A stretch of DNA of 64,000 nt from Diadema antillarum (Eukaryota). A model generated the notes under the pieces. That model was not told where the DNA came from, made no database searches, and worked only from the letters and a program-made list of their open reading frames with translations. A program made the translations under genes and the position numbers. Location of the stretch: the NCBI RefSeq assembly GCF_040938485.1, contig NW_027272213.1:372001-436000 (forward strand), in the 5' to 3' direction. Of the stretch, positions 13,858-25,939 are shown in pieces (the stretch's first letter is position 1; each line of letters begins with the position of its first letter).

Positions 13858-14043
13858 TAGTTTGCAGGCACAAACCCTTGTTGGTCGTAAATAAATCTGT
13901 GCCAAAGCATCTCTTTCATATTTCCTCCACTGTAATTGTGCTCTTGTTAGGAGAGACATGCATTCGGGGCCTAAATGACGCAGTGCCAGTAGTCTTGGCG
14001 CAGACTCCTTTACGACCAAACAAGGGTTTGTGCCTACAAACTA
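13858..14043. mobile_element. Mutator-like (MULE) MITE
   Basis: About 34-bp TIRs (TAGTTTGcAGGCACAAACCCTTG...) and a 9-bp target duplication GGGTCAATG at 13849-13857 and 14044-14052. The unit-B copy (about 28828-28952) is internally deleted. Confidence 0.8.
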
Positions 14044-15855
14044 GGGTCAATGGGTCAAGGGTCGGTCACTACCCCCCCCCCCCCCCACACCCCACACCAC
14101 CCTTCGATCCAGCTGAAAAATCTGAGGGCGGAAGCCCGATTGTTGTCCTTTGTTTTGTGAGCTTTTAATTTTGTCAATTTTAGTTTACATTTCTTATGAA
14201 AGCTGGAAAATGTGTGTGTATATGACAATGTGTGTGTGTGTGTGTGTGGGTGGGTGTGCGCGCGCGCGAGCGTGCTGTGGCTACTGCTCCTGTCTCTGGG
14301 AGTAGTATAGGTGCCTACTGTTATCCAATGTTATATTAGACAGGTCTCTTAGATTAACACAGCAAATGTCATAATATTGTTTGCGTTTAGTTTTTTGTAT
14401 TTCTAAGCCCTATTCACTACATTATGTCGACGATCAGTGCTAAATCATGTCATGATTATTGGGGCCATGAGCGAAGAGGATGAGGGCTGTTGGCAAGGGA
14501 TTCAAAAGAAATCAATCACAGCATTAGGGCCCATCTCAAAACCAGGAATAACTGGAGTTCTGGACTAACATTAGATAAACTCCTCAGTATGCAGAATAAT
14601 CTAGAAGAAAATACAAAAATGACACTCATGATATTGAGAAGAGTCATGCAATGTGTTAACTGAACATGTGCAGCAGAATCATGTGTTTGTATCTTTATTT
14701 GTAACTTGATTGTTTATGTGCTATATTCAGTATTTCACCATATCCCCCACCCCATCATGAGGGGTGCACATATAAAAACAAAACAAAAACAACTTGGGTT
14801 TTCTGCTCGAGTGATTTCTCTGAATGAGATTCTGAATAAGGTAATTACACTGTTCCAGTATTACTATCTCGGCTTCCAAAGGACAGATAACAGCTAGGTA
14901 TGTGGTATTGAGTAAAATTACATGAGATACTTGTACATGCAAACATGCAAACATACATGCACTACATACAGAATTACACACATACATACACATATAGAGC
15001 ATATAATATATATGTACATATATCTATCTATCTATCTATCTATATATATATATATAATCTATATACATGTATGTATATAAGTAAAAATATATGTATATAA
15101 TATATACACAAATGTATATTTATCATATATATATATACACACACACACACAACTAAACATGAAAAAATAAACAAATACAGTATACATTGTATAATAATGC
15201 ACATCATACACACATTCAATATAGATTATACATACAATTCATGCATACATAGATGTGCACATGTATATTTCTCTACATGGATAGATACAGAGATAACTTT
15301 GATAATTTTAAATGCTTTGTATTAATATAACTATGGCATATTTGTAAATATATTGTGAGAAAATTACATGCATTAACACTTTTACCCTCTTTTTTATTTC
15401 ACCATTTAAGGGTTCTCCATGTGCACAGCATTACAGTTGGCTGAAAATTGCTATCCATATTCCATCCATATTCAATTAATTAAATTCCTCTACTATTAAT
15501 TCATCATCCATTAGTAAAGATAATGAGGCAATACGTATTTTACCACGAATACTGACAGCAATAGATATTTTATCTAATGCAAACACAATCAATGCAAAAA
15601 TCTCCACTTCCTGCCATTAATATAATTAATATCATGCTTTTTGCGCACATTCTGAGTAGATATTATTAGTTTTCACTAGGAAAGTCAAAACGGTGCACGA
15701 TCAACTTTAATCATTATCTTAACTTATGATGACATTCAATTTGTTAAACGCTGTAAAAAAGGCAAGAACTTGCAGCACTCTGTGTCTCCGATGGAAAATG
15801 CAGCCATATTTACTAAAAGGCCATTTATTCTGTCGATCGAGAAGAGGATCGAACT

Positions 15856-18743
15856 TCAAGGTACTTTTAATGTTTGAACTGGTAGACTATCTCTCCATCC
15901 TCGCTGTAACTGTTGACTAAGTAGCCGCACCAATTCCTTGTTCTCTGTCTTATCGGCCACATTGTCATTTTGATCGGGGTCCGAATCATTCATGTACAGC
16001 TCTCTGGCTTCAACGTCGCTCCAATCCCCCTCGAACGTGTTGGGATCAAACTTGACCCACTCGGTGAAGTGGTAATCGGCTGTCCTCATGGAGTAACCCA
16101 TAATGGTGATATTTTTCAGTTTCGGTAGATCAGTTTGTTCGCATGGCGTCACTCCGGGCCGCGGGTACTGACTGTAAGTGGCGTTCTTCCATCGCCTGTA
16201 CGTCGGCGGCAGGCTCACCCTGTTGTTCGTGACGAGAGACCCTTGGCTTAGCAATGGCGCGAAGCTGTAACCTTCCGTGCACAGTGAGAGGTTGAATGGT
16301 TTCGGTGGGCAAAGAGGTGGAACTGTCAGACCCGCCAATTCAGACAGAGCGGGAAAAATGTCTACCATTTCTACAAACTGCTCTACTATCATCCCGTCTT
16401 TGACGCTTTTCTCTCTATCTTTATTTGATTTTGTCACCGATTCCGCCAGCAGGGGGTTTCTCTGCGGGAATTTCTTCAGCCTTGACGATGTATTTCCTGC
16501 GGTAACGCCAGGCACGTGTACGATAAGGGGGACCCGAGTTGACAATTCGTAGTTGGAATATTTGCTCCATTCGGCGTGTTCACCCAGCTGCCAACCTAAG
16601 GAAACAGGACAAAGAAGGAACCATCTTTTAAACTTGTAAAAATTGATAAAATAACACAACACGGATTTTGTAGGACTAAGGCCTTGTCTATCTCTGTCTA
16701 ATAAAGCAATTAAATTGAATGATATTATTCGGGGAAATATCTTTACAAAGGTAATTGAGTATACATTCTCTCAAGGTTACACTGGAATGGAATTTCACTG
16801 CGTCACAATGTTTGCACCTTCTTTCATTAAACGGCCTCATGACTGTAAATTTTGAAGCTTTGCCTTTGCTGTCATAATGTTACGATAGGGAACATTGTTT
16901 TGTGATATAAGATTTGAATTTGCAAAAGAAAAGTGAAGCTTCGTGACATAGCAAGTACAACTTATGCATTGAGAATTTTTTTTTTATACATGTTATGTAT
17001 TTTCCTTTCACTCTTCAGAATGAAATCTGATTTGATTTTTAAATCATAAGTTGCCATACGTGGCCATAAGGGGGAGCAATGAGTGCTTGTAAGTAGGAAA
17101 TTAATAGTGAAATGCCCATGGGCAAAAACCGCTGGTGCTAGGGAACTCTAACAGGGACCTAAATGATGGACAGACTGCGATCTTATCCACTTGGACACAG
17201 CAGCTCCTGCATTGAGACGTGGTGTGTCTTCGAGAGGACTCACCATGGTCTCCAACGAATACAATGATGGTGTCATTCGCAAAGCCAGATTGTTCGAGAG
17301 CGTCCAGCAGTCCTCCAATCAGGAAGTCCGTGTAAGACGTAGCCGCGTAATAACCCTGTCGCAGTGCAGTCTGTATTGGGGAAACATAATTTTCAATACG
17401 TGGGGGCAATTTAGTCTAGCCAAATTGCACAACTGCAGAAATTATACTGATTATTGGACGCTAAAAAGTTAGATACTATCTAACATTAATGGTATCTCGC
17501 TGACTGAGTTCATGATAACAACAGAGATGACGATGATGATAACGATGGCAATTACCTTTCGCAAATTATCCGCAATTAAGATTTGTGAAAAGTACATGAT
17601 TATGTCTTCTTTTGTGCTTCCGTCTTTTTTGTTTTCTACTTCCAGTCATATTGCAACTATGATATTCCTGCATGTGCGTATTGAATACACCTTTTGAAAA
17701 TATGTATACATATTTTTTCGCACATGTTTTGTCTCTTTTGAATCTCTTGTACTACAAAGTTCTGGGTCTAAAATTATTCTGTGCTATAAAATATACCACG
17801 GTAGGAAATTATCATTATCATGACAGAAGGAATATATCGTCATTATTTTGTTGTTTTAAAATTACGACACCATGCAAGACAAACATCAGATCAAACCCGC
17901 GCTTACATGAAGATCGATTGGAATAGTGCCGTAGGGGAAGCTAAGATTCAGTGCGGCTATGTCGTCTCGGAGTCGAATCCTGGAAAAGTCCTCGTATGCT
18001 ACCTCTGGTTGAGACGGTGACCGCTGCGGATTTGTTGCTATGGCAATGGAGTCGATTGGATACAGTGACTTGAACTCCTCCGGGTACTTCCAGGGGATGT
18101 GTGGCTTGTGGATACCCACTGCCAAGAAAAATGGCGGCTTCATGATACTTTGGTGGAGTTTTGAGTCATCTGACTCTCCAGAGCGTCCTCTGTGACTTCT
18201 CAAACGGTGATCATGGAGAGTGTTGGCCGGGTGGCGTCTGGCGAACGAGAGGTTCTTCAGGATCCTCACCGCTTCCTCAACAGACTGGATGTCGGGCAGA
18301 GTCTTCTCTGGCATCTTCGAGACGTCGACTGGACACATCACGTTATTGTGAAGCGTGCCATCTTCATTTGGACACACCTAGAAGGACAACATCAATTTCA
18401 GAGTATGATCGTGCAAACAGTAACAAGAGTTTTGTCTGTTTAGTTTAAAACAAGACCCACTATCTTCTTGTTCTCTACGAGGTTGCAAGGCTTAAATCTG
18501 TTTATCGACAAATAACGATATTGATTAGTCTTCGAATTTCGCTATAAGCTAGCTAGTTCTCCTTCCCCCCTCTCCCCAGCATCCCCAATCTGTTTACTTA
18601 ATACAAACGTGCGTGGTTCATTTCACGTTGTGGTTGACGTGCTAACAAGGGAACTCTGGAGAGGGTTAATGGATATCTTGATCTGATTTTGTACAGCCGC
18701 CAATGATAGGCCATTTTTCGGAATTTGTGCATCCACACACGCA

Positions 18744-18788
<45 letters not shown>

Positions 18789-21700
18789 AAAACAACAACA
18801 ACAAAACAACAACAAAAAGAGCTACAGGAGACATAACAAAAGATTTTAGGATAATGAAACCCAAATATACACCTGGATTGAGTGACTGTAACAGCCATGA
18901 AATTATATATATTATGTGGAACACATCATACGTTTGAGGAAAATCGGACGTAAAAGTAGTTGTGCATGAATCTTTGAAGTTTCGGTGCAGCCGTCGCTGA
19001 ATGAGAAGACTACTGCAGTTCGTGACGTCATTCATGGAAAACTTCCTCAAAATTTCATTCTTTTACGAAAAGTACAAATTCCCTCTACTTGCTAAGTACT
19101 GATATATGTTAAAGGTTTAATGGGAACATTATTCCTCCTGCGTTCAGGAGGAAGTAAGTCAAGCAATCTTTCATTTATATCAGAAAAGTGATGTTTAATT
19201 CACTTCATAATTATTTTCTTTGTATCGGTTTCCATATGATGGCTCAAAGTTTAGTAGTCTTCTCACTCAGCGATGGCAGCACAGGAACTTTAAAAATTCA
19301 TAACGTTTCAACGGATTGTCAGATTGGCCAATGTGTTCTACTGATTGTTGCATCCCCTCAGTGCACATTATTGCATATCTGCATGGGTTTCAGTCTCCTT
19401 TACGTGACTGTAAGATCGACTTGAACTGGACAATACTGGAGCATTTACTATGCTAATCTAGATCCTTCCTCAGAGCAATGATTCAGTAGATGTATTTCGA
19501 AACTTTTCCAAAAAAACCAAACAAACAGTTTATCTTAATTTCTTTATGCAAAGAGTAGTGTATTCTGAAGTTTGCACTTACTTTTGCACCTGAGTATTTA
19601 ATAGTGGATGGGTGAAAGGCGGGAACAGACCAGCTATATGGGAAATCATCGCTTTTGTTACTCGTTTTTCCTGAAAATAGTTGAACAAAAAGGTATAAAA
19701 ACAAATGCGAAAAAAAGCGTTAGTTGCAAAAAACCAGACTCGTGTGTACAAAACATTTCCAATAGAAAACCAGGATCTTATAGGTCAATTCTGACGTATA
19801 TACCAAAAATACTGGAGATAATTGATTCAATATCAATCTAAAAATGTGAGATAGATCAGTGCGGTGCGATATCAGCTCTAGAAACTAACAACGTTTTGCT
19901 CCCTCAATACGTTAAAAGAAACCAAAACCCAAAGAGAAATATGGATTGAGAGGAAGCAGCAACATTAGTAGAACACATTACTTTCACTGATGTGTTCTAC
20001 TAATGTTGCTGCTTTCACTCAATCCACATTGCCCTGTGGGTGTTAGTTTCCTTTAACCTTCTGTGTGCCATATGTATTTCATGTCAATAATTTTATATGT
20101 GAAATTTGTGCATATATTTGACTCACTTGCACAGAAAGGTTTAACTCAGTCCATAATAGAGACTCTGAAGTTCACGTGCAGTATGATTTGTGTCGGAACA
20201 ATCAGGTTCCCATGAGGTCATGTCACGAGTTCACGGTGACTTTCTAGTGTTCTGTTGTCCCAGTCTCATTACATGGGAGAGATTACGTATTACAGGGAAA
20301 TCTATCACATAATCCCAGAACGATCATGGACACTCCCTATTCTGCAAATGTTGCGATCGACTTCATCTCTTCTAACCGAGTGGAACAAATATCGAGAGGA
20401 AGAGTGGGCGACGGTACCTGTGGATGCGCTAATATTTCTAGCAATGACACTTGCAGTACTGAGTAAATCTATATCTAAAGGGCAACATTTGGAATTGTAA
20501 AATCCGCGCTATGAATATGTTCAGAATATATCGCAATAATACCCCCACCCTAAAAAAATGAAACAAAAAAAAACTCAATAGGCCTATAGGGTATGCATAT
20601 ATAATGCTTGTTCCCGCTCTTTGAAAGCACCCCTATTCCGGGCTGCCAACGTTTCTAAATCCCTTTCGCAGGCTTTTCCTGTCTTGGAGACATTAAACCC
20701 GGAACGCTGCTCATCATAGATCAATGCCCCCCCCCCCCTTCATACTTCAGGTGCAGCTCTCGATCATTCAAACCCCCTCTCTCAAGATATTAATAGGCCT
20801 ATGCAACCCCATCCCCACCTCATCTCACATGTGAGGTTTGACGAGAAGTAATTTGTGCATAATTATTATTGCATTTTTTCTTGTCTTAAAGGAGACCTCC
20901 GGATGATTTTCAGATTTTTACGTTTGAACAACTATAAATTAGTTATGCTGAAGACAGAGTTTCAGAATTTGTGATAACTGGGATGAAGAATAAGAATATT
21001 TTCAAAATTTAGAACAAATTGCAATGAACAAGGACGATGACATGGCAGAGTCACCATACAAAATTGAATGCATGAGTTGGGTCTAAAGGAACCAGACCAA
21101 AAGAAGAAGGCATGCATAGATTATACACAGGTGAACTCGCAAGCAAGCAGTATTGTAATGGAATTACACTGCTACATTTCTGAAATATGTGAACCTCCTA
21201 TGTCATCATCCTTGTTCAGTGTAATGTGTTTAAGGTTTTTCAAACTATTGTTTCTCTGCTCAAGAACCACAATAAATTCCACAAATTACATGGAGTTGTC
21301 GATTTATGTACTACATGATGTGAAATTATGAAAATCGTCTGGAATGTCCCTTTAAGCGAAATCTGAGGGTGAAGAGTCTATACACTGTTTTTAAAAAATA
21401 CAATATTCGGGTTAGTTTTCGTCATGCCAACAGGCATGCAGTTCCTCCGACCCTGGTGCCTGGAGCATAAACACATAAAGAGACGCCAGGACATTGCTTC
21501 ACCTTCGCCTAACCAAATTACTCTCGTCTCTGAATTACATGAAAAAAAAAGGAAGACTGAAGAGATCACGGCTTCCTGGGGATAAATGGTGTCAGATTGT
21601 AGGCCCATAATATTGTTGACTTCGCTTGACAGAACCATACTGCTTTGGATAGTCCTTCAAAGCTTCAAAGCTTCCTCTGCTTTATAGGTCCATGGAAACC

Positions 21701-24700
21701 ACTTGCGTCGCGAGAATTAAATGTATTCCAGCGTAACTGGTATACCGGTAATCATTAGCAAGAAAAAAAACCCAGAAAGAACTAGAAATGTCGCTTTGGC
21801 GACTGGTATGCCTCCGCCATAATGCATGATTTTCCCAATAGGTCTAGATAGTACATGTGGACAATGTGTGATTACATTTTCACAAAATTGGCAAAATATT
21901 GAAATAACAAATTTGTCACAAATGTGTTGAATGTTCACCTTTCTTGACCTAGGTTTAATTGGATGAATAGGAGAGCATGTATCTAGGGATTTAAGGACTT
22001 TAACTTGACTTTGACCCATTCATACATTTAGGCATTGAGTAATTTTCAAGGTACAGGTGTGGAGAGTTGGTGTGAATTTCTGAATTGAATAGTAAATTGT
22101 TACCATTTTCATCTGGCCTTGACCCTAAAATTCATAAGATAATCACTTTCAGGTAGAACATGCATAATATGTACTAAGTTTCAAGATAACTTGAGCCACT
22201 TCCGAGATATGGAGGAAAAAGTTAGTTCAGCACTTTCGCTTGATCTTTGACCTTTTGACCTTTTAGGCAAAAAAAGAAGAAAAAAAACTTTCCACAGAAT
22301 TTCTATTAGGTTACACATGCATACACCAAGTGTAAAAAAATAATAATAACCCTGCTGGCATTGCATAAATATGAGGGAAATAGTAAAATTTTGAAGTGTT
22401 GCACTTGACCTTTGACCCCTGACCTTTGACCCCATGAACACTACATTCTCTAGATAATCAATTCCAGTCAGTACATGTATATACTATGTTCCATGAAGAT
22501 ACCTTGAACAATTTTCCAAGGTACGGAAAAAAAAAGAAGTATTAATATTTTTACTTGACCTTTTGACCTTTGACCTTTGACCTCATGACCCAAACTTTCA
22601 CCAGAGAATCTTAATTGGGTAATACATGTATACACTAAGTTTCAAGAAAATATCTTCAGGCATTCAATAGATATGGTGGAAATAGTGAAATTTTATGTAT
22701 TTGACCTGACCTTTTGACCTTTAACCTTTGACCTCATGACCCAAACCTTCACCAGAGAATCTTAATTGGGTAATACATGTATACACTAAGTTTCAAGAAA
22801 ATATCTTCAGGCATTCAATAGATATGGTGGAAATACAAGTAGTGAAATTTTATGCATTTGACCCTGACCTTTTGACCTTTGACCACATGACCCAAACTTT
22901 CACCAGAGAATCTTAATTGGGTAATACATGTATACACTAAGTTTCAAGAAAATATCTTCAGGCATTCAATAGATATGGTGGAAATAGTGAAATTTTATGT
23001 ATTTGACCCTGACCTTTTGACCTTTGACCTTTGACCTCATGACCCAAACTTTCACCAGAGAATTTTAATTGGGTAATACATGTATACACTAAGTTTCAAG
23101 AAAATATCTTCAGGCATTCAATAGATATGGTGGAAATAGTGAAATTTTATGTATTTGACCTTGACCTTTTGACCTTTGACCTTGAGCATGTGCACCCAAA
23201 AGTTGATAGGCACAACTTCACCCCCTAATACACATACATACCAAGTTTCATTAGGATACCTCAACAGGTTTTGATAGTTACCTTGTCCACAAAATTCATT
23301 ACGGACGGACGGAAAGACGGACGGAAAGACGGACGGACGGACGGACGGACAACCCGACAACATAATGCCTCCGGCACCACTTCGTGGCGGAGGCATAAAA
23401 ACATGTGATGGTGTATAAATAAATATTGATGCACCTGGATGAAAGACCTTGCCAACGGAAGCCGTGAAATATCCGTTGTCTTTGAAATGCTGCGGGAGTG
23501 TGGTATAATTCCCTGCATGTGTTCGCCAGTAGGACCCAAAGTCATACAGCCTGGTGGTGTCTGGACGTCGACTCGTCAGGAAAGAGACCCGGCTCGGGGC
23601 GCACACCGCTTGCTTGCAGGGAAAAATAATCAAGCAAAGAAATATAGAATGAAGAGTGACACTGACATACACATGAGGGACACAGTACTCTGTAATTTGA
23701 TCATTGTTTAGTAGCTCCATGATTTGATGCAACACAAACACAATGGTGTATTTTTGCGATCAAAGCCGAGAAATTGTAAATTGATTACTAAAACCCATGA
23801 TTTTGATCTACTTGTTTAGCTTTGCTAGTATACGTTTCGTTTGAGAACTCGTAGGCCCTGCTCATCAAAATAATCGGAAAAAAATCTTTAAAAAATCATC
23901 CGATCATTAAATTAAAGTATGAATGATTAATTTCTTGCTAAGTATTTATTGTAGAAAACTGGTCAGTTACAATTCATACTGAAAAACAAAAAAGCACAAA
24001 ATTTAAAAACAAAGAAATACATAACACAATCCAAAACGATATAATTTCTAAAAAGGCGACAATAAGATCTAGGGATTAATTTGCATTATCAATTGATTAA
24101 TCAAAATTAGAAATTGATAATTTCTACAATTTCTAAGACACTATCTTGCAGACTACAATATATACGGGTGTCGTGTTTGCCAAATTTTGTCGCAGATCGC
24201 GCCCCTGATTGCTGCGATGGGGTGGGGGAGGGGGGAATCAGCCCCCTCCCCCATTATGGCATACAGCCAAAAAAAGTCCAATTTGATTAGGGTTAAATTA
24301 ATATTGTCATAATTAGTACATGTACCGACCAGCTGACAAATTCTAAGAGATCCGAAATCCATCAGTTTCTGAAGACTCGATTTCGCTGAAGCCTTGCACA
24401 ACTTCATTATCATAATATAATACTCAATTCATCAAGTGAATCAGATTTTGGCGTAAAACTAGTTGACTTTCTTTCTTCGTACGCACATTGGAAATGACAT
24501 TGTTCAAAAGCTGACACACCCTTGATCAATGGAAGTGGAAAACAAACAGAGAAACAAACAAATATACAAACAAGCACGTGAATGATGAGTAGCAAGCAAA
24601 GACGCGACAATCAAGCTATACCTGAGCCATTGCGTTGGTGAAAAGTGCCGACTGCCCAGCGAGCTGGTCGATGTTTGGCGAGATGATTGGACCTCCATAG

Positions 24701-24771
24701 CAACCAAGAGATGGGCGGAGATCATCGACCACGATGAAGAGAACGTTGAGTTTTTCACCTTCCGATGAACA
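15856..24771 (-). CDS. IDS: Iduronate 2-sulfatase-like, copy B (5' end runs into the N-gap)
   Basis: Exons (minus): <=24771-24622, 23612-23435 (178), 19670-19582 (89), 18377-17907 (471), 17370-17244 (127), 16595-15856 (740, stop). Open and phase-consistent, with the same catalytic motifs as copy A. Confidence 0.93.
18845..19402. mobile_element. Decayed copy of the Kolobok-type family seen intact at 44371-44929
   Basis: Shared internal blocks (GAACACATCA..GTTTGAGGAAAATCGGAC; AAAAATTCATAACG..AACGGATTGTC). Only the right part survives in unit A (about 7140-7325). Boundaries are approximate. Confidence 0.6.
19916..20052. mobile_element. Short hairpin MITE (internally deleted Kolobok-type)
   Basis: TTAA at 19912-19915 and 20053-20056; internal inverted repeat GCAGCAACATTAGTAGAACACAT / ATGTGTTCTACTAATGTTGCTGC; empty TTAA at 8011-8014 in unit A. 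Confidence 0.75.
20057..20140. mobile_element. Small piggyBac-like MITE
   Basis: TTAA-CCTTCTGTG...CACAGAAAGG-T-TTAA with imperfect TIRs; absent in unit A. Confidence 0.55.
20890..21351. mobile_element. Kolobok-type non-autonomous element
   Basis: TTAA at 20886-20889 and 21352-21355; AGG...CCT termini; single empty TTAA at 8555-8558 in unit A. Confidence 0.85.
21780..23401 (-). mobile_element. Helentron-associated non-autonomous element (HINE/DINE-1-like)
   Basis: On the minus strand: T-run, subterminal IR TATGCCTCCGCC plus partial inverted copy, (CCGT)n microsatellite, internal tandem array, matching GGCGGAGGCATA, 3' hairpin GTCGCCAAAGCGAC, then TTTCTAGTT. No TSD; absent in unit A. Confidence 0.8.
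22557..23190. repeat. About 151-bp tandem repeat array (4 full units plus partial) inside the HINE
   Basis: CATGACCCAAA anchors at 22584, 22735, 22886 and 23038 (periods 151, 151, 152). Confidence 0.92.
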
Positions 24772-24945
24772 NNNNNNNNNNNNNNNNNNNNNNNNNNNNN
24801 NNNNNNNNNNNNNNNNNNNNNNNNNNNNNNNNNNNNNNNNNNNNNNNNNNNNNNNNNNNNNNNNNNNNNNNNNNNNNNNNNNNNNNNNNNNNNNNNNNNN
24901 NNNNNNNNNNNNNNNNNNNNNNNNNNNNNNNNNNNNNNNNNNNNN
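24772..24945. other. N-gap (174 N) covering the 5' part of IDS-B exon 2
   Basis: Seen directly. Confidence 0.98.
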
Positions 24946-25062
24946 AACAATAACAACTGATAACGTTTTGTGATGCTAATAATAATGTATCAAGTTTTTA
25001 TCGAAAAGGGATATACGCCATATTCGTTGATGCGATATAAATGTCATCCCTCCACTTATATA

Positions 25063-25697
25063 CCGGGTGTCCCAAAAAAAGCGGAACGGTGGATTTTCAG
25101 TACCTTGCGTTCTAAAAGTGATACATTTTTTGACATTAATAGAAAGAACATCTTCCGCAGAAGACCATGATACCAAAATCATTAAATTTGGTTTAGCACT
25201 TTTTATTCTACGCCAATTTTTGTAAATGCAGTCATTTTCAATTTTTTGCAACTTATGAGATAATAATTTGGGTGCGACACGCGTTCCATACGGTGAATTG
25301 TGTAAGCTCGTTGATCCATGTCAACAAAAGATAACGCTTTCATATTGGGAGCGCGCGCACACACACACACACACACACAGACACACACACACGGGTTTCC
25401 CAATGTGAAAGCTGTATCTTTCGTTGACACGGATCACCGAGCTTACACAATATTCACCGTATGGATCGCGTAGTGCACTTTAATTATTATCTCATAAGTC
25501 GCAAAAATCCGGCGAAATTTGGCAATTACTGCATTTTCAGAAATTGGCGTAGAATAAAAAGTACTGAACCAAATTTGATGATTTTGGTATCATAGTCTTC
25601 TGCGGAAGATGCTCTTTCTAATGATGTCAAAAGATATATAACTTTTAGACCGCAAGATACTGAATATCCACCGTTCCCCTTTTTTTGGGACACCCGG
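25063..25697. mobile_element. Tc1/mariner-type foldback MITE
   Basis: TA flanks (25061-62, 25698-99); termini CCGGGTGTCCCAAAAAA / TTTTTTGGGACACCCGG; about 290-bp imperfect arms around a (CA)n loop; absent in unit A (about 10700). Confidence 0.88.
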
Positions 25698-25857
25698 TAT
25701 AGTCGATGTCGCGGCATCATGTTGTATTTACATAGGTCCATGCCCGGGATGCCTCTGTTAATCATGGTGTGGTTGTAGATCCATGGTTATTCCCCACCTT
25801 CCTGCACTGTGCGCTCAGTGCATACAGACAGAGAACGTACTAGACAGATACAATTAC

Positions 25858-25939
25858 GGCTGAGGTTTCGCTTGCAAGAGTGTATAGCACGCAGCCTGCA
25901 AAATGTCAGCTGGCCTACAATGATACGTGTTGATGTCAT
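25858..25939 (-). CDS. IDS: Putative exon 1 of IDS-B (82 bp; one base longer than in copy A)
   Basis: Homologous to 10889-10969 but reads CTGCAAAATGTC (4 A) versus CTGCAAATGTC (3 A), which shifts the frame after codon 13. Confidence 0.3.

Larger units (their letters stand above)
3809..15635. repeat. Tandem segmental duplication, unit A (carries IDS-A and its upstream region)
   Basis: Colinear similarity with 15636-30646 from GCTTTTTGCGCACATTCTGAG (3809 vs 15636) to ATAATTAAT..ATCATGCT (about 15622-15638 vs 30627-30646). Confidence 0.9.

Noticed and set aside
22557-23190. Tandem array as CRISPR or a coding repeat
   Set aside because: Whole 151-bp units are repeated without unique spacers and sit inside a Helentron-type element in an intron.
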